Part shown: piece by piece, positions 55,901 to 63,186 of the stretch
How positions within the stretch are numbered: the first letter of the stretch is position 1
Layout: each line of letters opens with the position of its first letter
Translations under genes and position numbers: made by a program
Assembly (NCBI GenBank): GCA_020349885.1
Contig: CP070701.1
Span: 1,270,512 to 1,334,511, forward strand
Direction: 5' to 3'
DNA: 64,000 nt
Source: Acidobacteriota bacterium
Lineage (GTDB): Bacteria > Acidobacteriota > G020349885
The notes under the pieces: model-generated
What the model was told of the DNA's origin: nothing
The model's database searches: none
What the model saw: only the letters and a program-made list of their open reading frames with translations

Positions 55901-56020
55901 TTAGCCGGCTTCGAGGTCGGCGATCCGGCGGGCGAGCGAGCGCTGCCGGCACTCCAGCCGGATGAGGTAGAGCGCGAGGAGGCCCCACGCCACGCCGTAG
56001 GCAAAAAAGAGATAGTTCAT
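55901..56020 (-). CDS. ccmD: CcmD-family small membrane protein (39 aa)
   Basis: Hand translation gives MNYLFFAYGVAWGLLALYLIRLECRQRSLARRIADLEAG-stop. Directly downstream of ccmC. Below the ORF-track size cutoff. Confidence 0.6.
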   Translation of the reverse strand: MNYLFFAYGVAWGLLALYLIRLECRQRSLARRIADLEAG

Positions 56021-56062
56021 ATTTCTTTTTCTTTTTTTCTTTCTTTAGGCTGTTCCGCCGTC

Positions 56063-56773
56063 CTATTTTTGCTCCGCCAGGGCGGAGAGCGCCCCGGCGC
56101 GGCGCTCGAGGCACTCGGCCCGCGCGCGCAATAACCACAGGAACACGAAAAACACCAGAAACACCACCGAGCCTAGCAGCAGCGTCTGCACCATCTCCGG
56201 CGCCAGTCCCCCTCCGCCGCTCGATCGCAACACTTTCGGGTGCTGGGTCTCGATGAAGTTCACGCACATGTACACCACCGGCACATCAAGGAAGCCCACG
56301 ATGGCGTAGACCGCCGCCAGGGCCGCCTGCCGCTCCTGCCCCGCGAACGCGCTCCGGAGCATCAGGTAGCCCACGTAGATGAACCACAGGATGAGCGTCG
56401 TCGTAAGCCGCACGTCCCACGTCCACCACACGCCCCACGCCGCGCGTCCCCACGCCGAGCCCGTCAGGAGCACCACCGTCGTGAACGCCACGCCCACCTC
56501 GGCGGCCGAGACGGCGAGGGCGTCGAAGACCGGTCTGCGCTTCACGAGGTAGAGCACGCTCGCGCAGGCCGCGAGAAAGAAGCCCAGGAAGGCGCACCAG
56601 GCGGAGGGAAGGTGTATGTAGAAAATCTTCTGGATGACGCCCATCTTGAGCTCGAGGGGCGTGAGCGCGATGACCCAGCCGAGGAACACGAAGCCGACCG
56701 CCGACACGATTCCCGCGGCGCGCAGCGCGCGGCTCGTCCACGGGGCGAAAAGGAAGCAGGCGTCTTTGTTCAT
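56063..56773 (-). CDS. ccmC: heme exporter protein CcmC (System I)
   Basis: IFYIHLPSAW, WGRAAWGVWWTWDVRLTTTL (WG.WW.WD.RLT signature), VNFIETQHP. Start MNKDACF at ATG 56773. Confidence 0.8.
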   Translation of the reverse strand: MNKDACFLFAPWTSRALRAAGIVSAVGFVFLGWVIALTPLELKMGVIQKIFYIHLPSAWCAFLGFFLAACASVLYLVKRRPVFDALAVSAAEVGVAFTTVVLLTGSAWGRAAWGVWWTWDVRLTTTLILWFIYVGYLMLRSAFAGQERQAALAAVYAIVGFLDVPVVYMCVNFIETQHPKVLRSSGGGGLAPEMVQTLLLGSVVFLVFFVFLWLLRARAECLERRAGALSALAEQK

Positions 56774-56930
56774 ACCAAGGAGCTGCCGGTTTTTTTCGAT
56801 TGCAAGGGGTGGAATCGAAATTCGTTGAAAAAATTTGCGTGCGTTAAGACGACAATATAGCATGGATAGCCCTGATCTTAAAGTCAATCTTTCGAGCAAT
56901 GAACCGTTTCCGCAACGCAGGAGGTGCGAC

Positions 56931-58535
56931 ATGAACAGCATGGAACTTAAGGTCAACCCTTCGAGCATGGGCCATTTCCGGAGCCTCGGAGACGTGGCGG
57001 GAGTCTCTGTCCTTCTCATCGCAGGCGTCATTGCGGCGGGGGCGCCGCATGCCGAAGAGGCGGCGGCACCTCCCCTGAGCGAGGAGACCGAGGCCTGCAT
57101 TGTGTGCCATGAGGCGGTGTCGCCGGGCATCGTGGAGGACTGGCGCCGGAGCCACCACGCTGGCACCACGCCCTCGGAGGCGCTCGCCGTGCCCGCGCTC
57201 GAGCGGCACGTCTCCGCCGAGTCCGTCCCGCCGCATCTCGCCGGGGTGGCAGTGGGCTGCTACGAGTGCCACAGCCTGAACCCGGAGGCGCACGCCGACA
57301 ACTTCGACCACTTCGATTACCGAATCAACGTCGTCGTCTCCCCGCCCGACTGCGCCACGTGCCACCCGGAGGAGACGAAGGAGTACGCCAGGAGCAAGAA
57401 GGCGCACGCCGTGGGGAACCTTGAGAAGAACCCCATATACTCCCTGCTCGTTGCGACGAACATCGGGGTCAAGGAGGTGCGGGACGGGGAATTTCTTGCG
57501 CACGCGCCCTCGCAGGCGGCGAAGATGGACGCGTGCTTCGGCTGCCACGGCACCCACGTCGAGGTGGAGGGGACGCGCGAGGTCGAGACCGACCTCGGCA
57601 CCATAGAGGTTCCCGCCCTCACGAACTGGCCCAGCCAGGGCGTCGGGCGCCTCAACCCCGACGGCTCGATGGGCGCCTGCACGGCGTGCCACCCGCGCCA
57701 CGGGTTCTCCATCGCGACGGCGCGGAAGCCCGCCACCTGCGGGCAGTGCCACCTCGAGCCCGACGTTCCCGCCCTCAACGTCTACAAGGAGAGCAAGCAC
57801 GGCAACATGTATTCTTCCGAGGGCGGCAAGTGGAACTGGGACGCCGTGCCGTGGAAGGTGGGGACGGACTTCAAGGCCCCGTCGTGCGCCGCGTGCCACG
57901 TGAGCCTTCTCACCGGCCCCGACGGCAAGGACGTCGTAGCGCCGCAGACCCACGACTTCGGGGCGAGGCTTTGGGTGCGCGTCTTCGGCCTTCCCTACTC
58001 GCATCCCCAGCCCAGGCACGGCGACACGTCCGTCATCCGAAACGCGGACGATCTGCCGCTTCCCACGACGTTCGCGGGAGTGCCCGCCTCGGAGGAATTC
58101 CTTCTGACCGAAGAGGAGCAGGCGGCCCGAAAGGCGGTCATGCAGGGCGTCTGCAAGTCCTGCCACAGCACCCAGTGGACGGAGGGGCATTTCGCCAAGA
58201 TGGACCGGACCGTCGAGGATACCGACCGGATGACGCTTGCGGCCACGAAGCTCCTTCAGGAGGCCTGGGCGCGCGGCCTCGCGGACCCGGAGAATCCCTT
58301 CGACGAAAACATCGAGGTGCTCTGGGTGAAGCAGTGGGTTTTCTACGCGAGCTCCACGCGCTACGCCTCGGCCATGTCGGGGCCCGACTACGCGGCGTTC
58401 AAGAACGGCTGGTTCGAGCTTACGCACAACCTCCAGCGCATGAAGGATTTCCTCAAGTTCGCCCCTGCGGAGGAACCAGAACCCGAGCCCGAGAAAAAGG
58501 GCAAGGGGAAGAAAGGCGGGCGAAAGAAGAGGTAG
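56931..58535 (+). CDS. octaheme c-type cytochrome, hydroxylamine oxidoreductase (HAO)-like family
   Basis: Eight CxxCH motifs (CIVCH, CYECH, CATCH, CFGCH, CTACH, CGQCH, CAACH, CKSCH). CTACHPRHGFS and YKESKHG resemble HAO-family blocks (from recall). Signal peptide present. AGGAGG sits 6 nt before ATG 56931. Confidence 0.7.
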   Translation: MNSMELKVNPSSMGHFRSLGDVAGVSVLLIAGVIAAGAPHAEEAAAPPLSEETEACIVCHEAVSPGIVEDWRRSHHAGTTPSEALAVPALERHVSAESVPPHLAGVAVGCYECHSLNPEAHADNFDHFDYRINVVVSPPDCATCHPEETKEYARSKKAHAVGNLEKNPIYSLLVATNIGVKEVRDGEFLAHAPSQAAKMDACFGCHGTHVEVEGTREVETDLGTIEVPALTNWPSQGVGRLNPDGSMGACTACHPRHGFSIATARKPATCGQCHLEPDVPALNVYKESKHGNMYSSEGGKWNWDAVPWKVGTDFKAPSCAACHVSLLTGPDGKDVVAPQTHDFGARLWVRVFGLPYSHPQPRHGDTSVIRNADDLPLPTTFAGVPASEEFLLTEEEQAARKAVMQGVCKSCHSTQWTEGHFAKMDRTVEDTDRMTLAATKLLQEAWARGLADPENPFDENIEVLWVKQWVFYASSTRYASAMSGPDYAAFKNGWFELTHNLQRMKDFLKFAPAEEPEPEPEKKGKGKKGGRKKR

Positions 58536-58655
58536 GCGGGGCTTGTCTGCTCGGCCATGGTAGAATGGGAAACGCCATGGTTTTCAACACCTGCCTATCG
58601 ACCTGCGCCCGCATACTCCTCAAGATGGGGGCTGAAAAGGACAAAGGTAAGTAGG

Positions 58656-59135
58656 ATGAAGAAGGAAAAGCGCAGATTAGCTTTGAAGTGTACGCTTTTG
58701 GTGGTTATTCAAGCGGGTGTCAATCTCTGCTACTTATGGTGGAAATTCGGCATGCCCTTTCGCTACTCCACATGTCCTTTCCCTATTTCACTTCCCTACT
58801 CCACTCGGATGCTTGTCGACGACGCGATCTTCCTGTTACTGGGTTCAACTTTTTGCATCGCCGGTTTCGCACTCCTGAGCCTCGTCAAGCGCGAAACCTT
58901 GGGTGCCGTCTTGGGCATGACTGTCTTTCTCGCCATTCAGTACCGCGCCATCCTTGGCGATCACTTTGGTTTAGACGATGGTTTTAACGTTGTTCTCTAT
59001 CCATCCCTTGTAGCAATTCTCGGCTCCGGCTACGCTATCGGCAGATGGTGGAAAAAGAGGGGGATTCTCGGAGCCCTGCTGGCGGTAGTTTTTTTCGTGA
59101 CAATATTTTATGTCTACGACATCTTCGTAGACTAG
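58656..59135 (+). CDS. small polytopic membrane protein (island paralogue 1)
   Basis: MKKEKRRLALKCTLLVV..., 4-5 TM helices, GYAIGRWWKKRG loop shared with 61293..61727. Confidence 0.55.
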   Translation: MKKEKRRLALKCTLLVVIQAGVNLCYLWWKFGMPFRYSTCPFPISLPYSTRMLVDDAIFLLLGSTFCIAGFALLSLVKRETLGAVLGMTVFLAIQYRAILGDHFGLDDGFNVVLYPSLVAILGSGYAIGRWWKKRGILGALLAVVFFVTIFYVYDIFVD

Positions 59136-59159
59136 CGTAAGGAGTCCGTCGCCCCCGCC

Positions 59160-59213
59160 CTACCGCCCAAAGCGGCGCTGGAGGGAGTGGAGGAAGAGGA
59201 CGATGAGGGCAAG
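59160..59213 (-). repeat. degenerate copy of the pentapeptide-repeat gene 3' end
   Basis: Plus strand CTACCGCCCAAAGCGGCGCTGGAGGGAGTGGAGGAAGAGGACGATGAGGG. The minus sense reads ...LALIVLFLHSLQRRFGR-stop. Confidence 0.7.
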
Positions 59214-59315
59214 ACTCAAGGGAAGAACAGAAGACAAAGGAGTAGAACAGGATAGCTGGGCACGTTAAAATAAAGGGGATGTTCACTAATTCGTGGTGGA
59301 GTAGTACATTGCATT

Positions 59316-60413
59316 ATGGGCGGTGAGTTGAAGGGCAAAGCCGGCAGGGAGCTCAAGATTCTCCTTCCGCTGCTTGTAGTGCTAGTGGTTGCGGTGATCT
59401 TCATCGCCCAGAGGGCGGTTCGATTCTTCCAAGGAGAGAAAGGTATTGGTTACCCGCTGGAATTGCACGCGGTGCTCGAACACGAAAGCAACGTTTTTGG
59501 AATCTCCTTTTCTCCAGATGGCAGATACATTGCAAGCGCCACCGGCGATGACAAGATTTCGATCTGGGACTGGAAGAACGGGCGTTTGGTCCAGCAGATG
59601 GATGACCCCGAATACGGCTCAACGTACGTTTACTTCTCGCCTGATGGAAAAATGCTCGCTTCGAGAGGCAACTACCGATACGTGAGATTCTGGGACGTGG
59701 AGAGCGGTGATCTTATTAGGACGCTGGAGCCTTACATGGCGGGAGATACTAATGTGAAAGAATGTGACTGCCCCGCCGCTGACATCGCCTTTTCATCCGA
59801 TTGGACGCAGATGGCGTACGCGACTGGCAATAATCCAATCTCGCTCTGGGATCTCGCAACAGACGAAGTGATAAAGACGTTTCCAACCCACCCTAAGGGA
59901 AGCAACTCTATCGCCCTTTCTCCGGATGGTAAACTGCTCGCCACAGTAGAATGGAGAAGCATCAGTATATGGGACATTGAAACTGAAGAGATCGTCGATA
60001 CCGTAAGAGTGAGCCCCACGCAATCTGCATTCCTTGTTCGATTTTCACCCGATGGAAACACCATAATCACGGAACATCAAGGTGAGTACCAACTATGGGA
60101 CGTGAAAGGATTGAAACGTTTGATGCGTACAAATGATAATTGGTGTAGTGGTTCGAACCAATCATTGTCCATGAGCGGTGAGATGTTGGCAGTCACAGAT
60201 CTGCGCGACATTCATTTTTGGGATACAAGGAGCGGGGAGCTTTTGTATTCCATAGAAAACGCTCATTGGAAGATGCCGCGGATGTTTAGGTTTGGTGAAA
60301 ACACGGAAATATGGTCCGTAGCTTTTTCACCTGATGGCAAATACCTCGCCTCGGGCGGCTGGGATGAGACGGTCAAGATCTGGAGGATGCCGGAAGAGAA
60401 TCGAGGAGGCTGA
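59316..60413 (+). CDS. membrane-anchored WD40-repeat (beta-propeller) protein
   Basis: N-terminal TM (ILLPLLVVLVVAVIFIA), then repeated SPDG..(L/I)AS....D..I.(I/L)WD units (e.g. FSPDGRYIASATGDDKISIWDW, FSPDGKYLASGGWDETVKIWRM). Confidence 0.8.
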   Translation: MGGELKGKAGRELKILLPLLVVLVVAVIFIAQRAVRFFQGEKGIGYPLELHAVLEHESNVFGISFSPDGRYIASATGDDKISIWDWKNGRLVQQMDDPEYGSTYVYFSPDGKMLASRGNYRYVRFWDVESGDLIRTLEPYMAGDTNVKECDCPAADIAFSSDWTQMAYATGNNPISLWDLATDEVIKTFPTHPKGSNSIALSPDGKLLATVEWRSISIWDIETEEIVDTVRVSPTQSAFLVRFSPDGNTIITEHQGEYQLWDVKGLKRLMRTNDNWCSGSNQSLSMSGEMLAVTDLRDIHFWDTRSGELLYSIENAHWKMPRMFRFGENTEIWSVAFSPDGKYLASGGWDETVKIWRMPEENRGG

Positions 60414-60417
60414 AGCC

Positions 60418-61131
60418 ATGTCGCAAGATCGCCCCGACCGCTTTGAAGATTCCGAATCCCGTACCGGGGCCGGCGGCGAGCCCGTTCGTGCCCTGGAGAG
60501 AGGAATGACGATGCAATCGAGAGTATCGTTTCGGGGCGGGGCGAGAATCGGATGGGTCAGTGCGACGTTTCCGTTCGCTCAGCTCTTCGCCGATCGTAAG
60601 AAACTAACGATTCGAGTCATGTTCTTGGGGAAATACGAGTTCACGCCAGAGCAGGTGGTCTCGATAGAGACCTACACGGTCATTCCGTTCTTAGGCTGGG
60701 GCGTACGCGTGCGTCACAACGTCGAGACCTATCCCAAGGAAATAATATTTTGGTGTTTTGGCATTCCTTCCTCCGTGGTCCGGAGGATCCGGGAGACGGG
60801 TTTTACGGGTCAGGGCGAGCCGTCCGAGGCAATGGAGAAGCGAAAGTGGTATTCCTTTCCGGTTCGTTGGCAGGCAATCGTCGTTGCCGTTGTGCTTTGG
60901 AATGCGTTGCTGTTAACCGATATTAGCTCGACGGGGGAGCCAGGAATGGGGTTCATGCTCGCGCTCATGATTTTGTTCCTCACTTCGGTGCTTCTGCCGC
61001 GGTCGGAGTTCTTGCAGGAGTTCGTCATTCGTCCGGACCGGAGCATCGATGAGATCAAGCCCGCCCTCGGCCTGCTGCAGCTCATTTCCGGCCTGATGCT
61101 TGTGTTCCTCATCGCTTCCAAAGTCGTTTGA
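60418..61131 (+). CDS. hypothetical protein: soluble N-domain plus three C-terminal TM helices
   Basis: ATG 60418 lies 4 nt after the WD40 stop, with GAGGAGG inside the WD40 3' end. No family recognised. Confidence 0.55.
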   Translation: MSQDRPDRFEDSESRTGAGGEPVRALERGMTMQSRVSFRGGARIGWVSATFPFAQLFADRKKLTIRVMFLGKYEFTPEQVVSIETYTVIPFLGWGVRVRHNVETYPKEIIFWCFGIPSSVVRRIRETGFTGQGEPSEAMEKRKWYSFPVRWQAIVVAVVLWNALLLTDISSTGEPGMGFMLALMILFLTSVLLPRSEFLQEFVIRPDRSIDEIKPALGLLQLISGLMLVFLIASKVV

Positions 61132-61161
61132 CAGATAGACAGAGGCGCTGCTGAGTCCGTT

Positions 61162-61288
61162 GGAAGGGAATAACGCCTCAGGCGGGGTCAACCGCCCCCG
61201 TCCTACCGCCGGAAGCGGCGCTCGAGGGCGTGGAGGAAGAGGGCGATGAGGGAGGGAAGGGCAGCGGCGTGGAGGTAGGCGAGAAGCG
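61162..61288 (-). repeat. long copy of the pentapeptide-repeat gene 3' end plus downstream flank
   Basis: 61212-61288 matches 63196-63272 with 2 mismatches in 77 nt (my count). It still encodes LLAYLHAAALPSLIALFLHALERRFRR-stop (stop at 61203-61205). GGAAGGGAATAA at 61162 matches the same sequence at 63160. Confidence 0.85.
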
Positions 61289-61292
61289 AACT

Positions 61293-61727
61293 CTACAGAA
61301 TGCTTTGTGCAAATGAAGCAATCTTGAAAATCAAGATAATGAGCGCTGTATAAATAGCCGCGGTCACTATTCGCCTGCGGAAGAACCACTTACCGATTGC
61401 ATAGCCAGCGAATGGAATGGGAATTGCCGCCACGACTATTGCTGGGATCATTGTCTCAAAGTGGAGTGTTGCTATGCCTGTGGATACTAGGATTCCTGCA
61501 ATCCCGCCAGGGGAAAGTTTCTGGAACAGCGAGTGGGAGATGTACGAGCCGTAGATACAATACGAAATACCTACTATGTAATAGCGCAGCAAACTCGCAA
61601 GCCACAACATCGAAAGATCAAAAAAGAAGAACCACGAAAAGAAAAACAACCCGACGAGCATTTGGATCCCCAACAATACAAGTAGCGTCCTCGCTATTTT
61701 CTTCTTATCGCTGTCCATCTTCATCAT
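61293..61727 (-). CDS. small polytopic membrane protein (island paralogue 2)
   Basis: MMKMDSDKKKIARTLLVLL..., AGYAIGKWFFRRR. The start context ATAATGATGAAGATGGACA is identical to paralogue 3. The stop TAG abuts repeat copy 61162-61288. Confidence 0.6.
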   Translation of the reverse strand: MMKMDSDKKKIARTLLVLLGIQMLVGLFFFSWFFFFDLSMLWLASLLRYYIVGISYCIYGSYISHSLFQKLSPGGIAGILVSTGIATLHFETMIPAIVVAAIPIPFAGYAIGKWFFRRRIVTAAIYTALIILIFKIASFAQSIL

Positions 61728-61737
61728 TATATTCGGC

Positions 61738-61761
61738 CTACCGCTCAAAGCGGCGCTCGAT
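61738..61761 (-). repeat. short copy of the gene-end core
   Basis: Plus strand CTACCGCTCAAAGCGGCGCTCGAT; minus sense IERRFER-stop. Lies 11 nt upstream of the paralogue 2 start. Confidence 0.7.
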
Positions 61762-61841
61762 CCACCAGTCTTTGCCGTTGTTGAATACGGCCATTTCGAG
61801 TTATCTCTCTTGATGCATAATTGCTAACCAAGGCGGGACAT

Positions 61842-62369
61842 TTAATTCCAAATAACACTCCAATACCAGCGGTGGAATAACCAGAGCCCCAGTACATAAA
61901 GACCAGAGAAGGACAGGGTAATCGCCGCTATCGAAGCAGGCTTGTTCGCAATCTTCCTCGCAAAGGCATGGCCTGTGATTACAATGGCTGCAATGCACGT
62001 GAGCAACCAGGTGACTACAGAGGGAGCAAGATCGCTCTTCCCGAGAGTTATGGTTACTACATAGAAGGCGAGAAGACCGAGCAATCCTCCTATGCGGAAA
62101 TGACCGGACAGTCGGTTGCCGACGGCAAGACCTGCGAGGCAGAATGGGATTCCGAGGAAAAACAGAATAGTAAACTCATCTCCCACCAAGAAGAACAGAA
62201 TAGAAAGCTCATTCCCTACCAACGACAGCCAAAGAAACTCGCAGAGGTCTTCCTGACAAAGAATAGCAAGCTTATACCCCGCCAACGACAGCTGAAGTAG
62301 AAGATGTGCTAGCACCAATGTTGCCGCCGTCCAAAGGAACCTGCGCTTCTCCTTGTCCATCTTCATCAT
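61842..62369 (-). CDS. small polytopic membrane protein (island paralogue 3) with internal 11-aa repeats
   Basis: MMKMDKEKRRFLWTAATLVL.... Internal repeat LVGNELSILFF / LVGDEFTILFF (33-nt DNA period near 62158-62223). Confidence 0.6.
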   Translation of the reverse strand: MMKMDKEKRRFLWTAATLVLAHLLLQLSLAGYKLAILCQEDLCEFLWLSLVGNELSILFFLVGDEFTILFFLGIPFCLAGLAVGNRLSGHFRIGGLLGLLAFYVVTITLGKSDLAPSVVTWLLTCIAAIVITGHAFARKIANKPASIAAITLSFSGLYVLGLWLFHRWYWSVIWN

Positions 62370-62460
62370 TATACTCGACTCCCCGTGTTCGTTTTCTTTT
62401 TCATGAGCCACGCAAGTATATCACTCTGAGAGAAGCACCTCATGGGGCGCAACGCCCCCC

Positions 62461-62481
62461 CTACCGGCGGAAGCGGCGCTC
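62461..62481 (-). repeat. short copy of the gene-end core
   Basis: Plus strand CTACCGGCGGAAGCGGCGCTC; minus sense ERRFRR-stop. Adjacent hairpin GGGGCG-CAA-CGCCCC at 62444-62458. Confidence 0.7.
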
Positions 62482-62561
62482 CTTTGATACGAGCGGTGCG
62501 CCGACGTAGAATGCTTCATGAAAGACGCCAAGAGAAACTAGGATGGAAGGAGAAAGATAAG

Positions 62562-63125
62562 ATGAGTGATGCAAATAAGCGTGTATACCCGGCTGAAAGG
62601 GCCGGCAGTCTCGATAATAGAATTCGAAGATGGCTGCAGAACCCTCGGAAGATATTGAGGCCGTATATAGAAGAAGGGATGACGGTTCTCGACGTCGGGT
62701 GTGGTCCGGGTTTCTTCTCTATCGACATGGCTCGAATGGTTGGCGAATCCGGTCGGGTTATCGCTTCCGATTTACAGGAAGGGATGCTTCAACAACTGAG
62801 AGACAAAATAAGAGGAACGGAGCTTGAGGAAAGAATCACGCTGCATAAGTGCGAGGCGGACAGAATAGGCGTGTCGGAGCATGTTGATTTTGTTCTGCTG
62901 TTCTACATGGTGCACGAAGTCCCAGATGCAAAGGCCCTCTTTGGTGAGATGAGCGCAGTGCTTAAGCCCGGCGGGCGAATTCTCGTCGTCGAGCCGCCGT
63001 TTCATGTTTCGAAATCGGCGTTCAAGGAAACTATCGAGAAAGCCAGAGACATCGGATTTGTGGATGCGGAAGGGCCGAAGGTGCTCTTCAGCAAGACGGC
63101 GATACTGAAAAAGGCGAAGAAGTAG
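62562..63125 (+). CDS. class I SAM-dependent methyltransferase
   Basis: Motif I VLDVGCGPGFF, an acidic residue after beta-2 (IASDL), LKPGGRILVVEP. RBS GGAAGGAG before ATG 62562. Confidence 0.8.
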   Translation: MSDANKRVYPAERAGSLDNRIRRWLQNPRKILRPYIEEGMTVLDVGCGPGFFSIDMARMVGESGRVIASDLQEGMLQQLRDKIRGTELEERITLHKCEADRIGVSEHVDFVLLFYMVHEVPDAKALFGEMSAVLKPGGRILVVEPPFHVSKSAFKETIEKARDIGFVDAEGPKVLFSKTAILKKAKK

Positions 63126-63186
63126 GGGGTATCTGCTTGGGCGGGCTTGTCCGCCCGCCGGAAGGGAATAATCCCTTAGGAAGAGC

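Larger units (their letters stand above)
58536..63186. other. AT-richer accessory island organised as cassettes bounded by repeated gene-end cores
   Basis: There is a sharp compositional drop relative to the flanking cytochrome and pentapeptide-repeat genes. Six ORFs have no housekeeping role. Five same-orientation copies of a 24-nt core occur here (see the repeat features). Confidence 0.6.
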
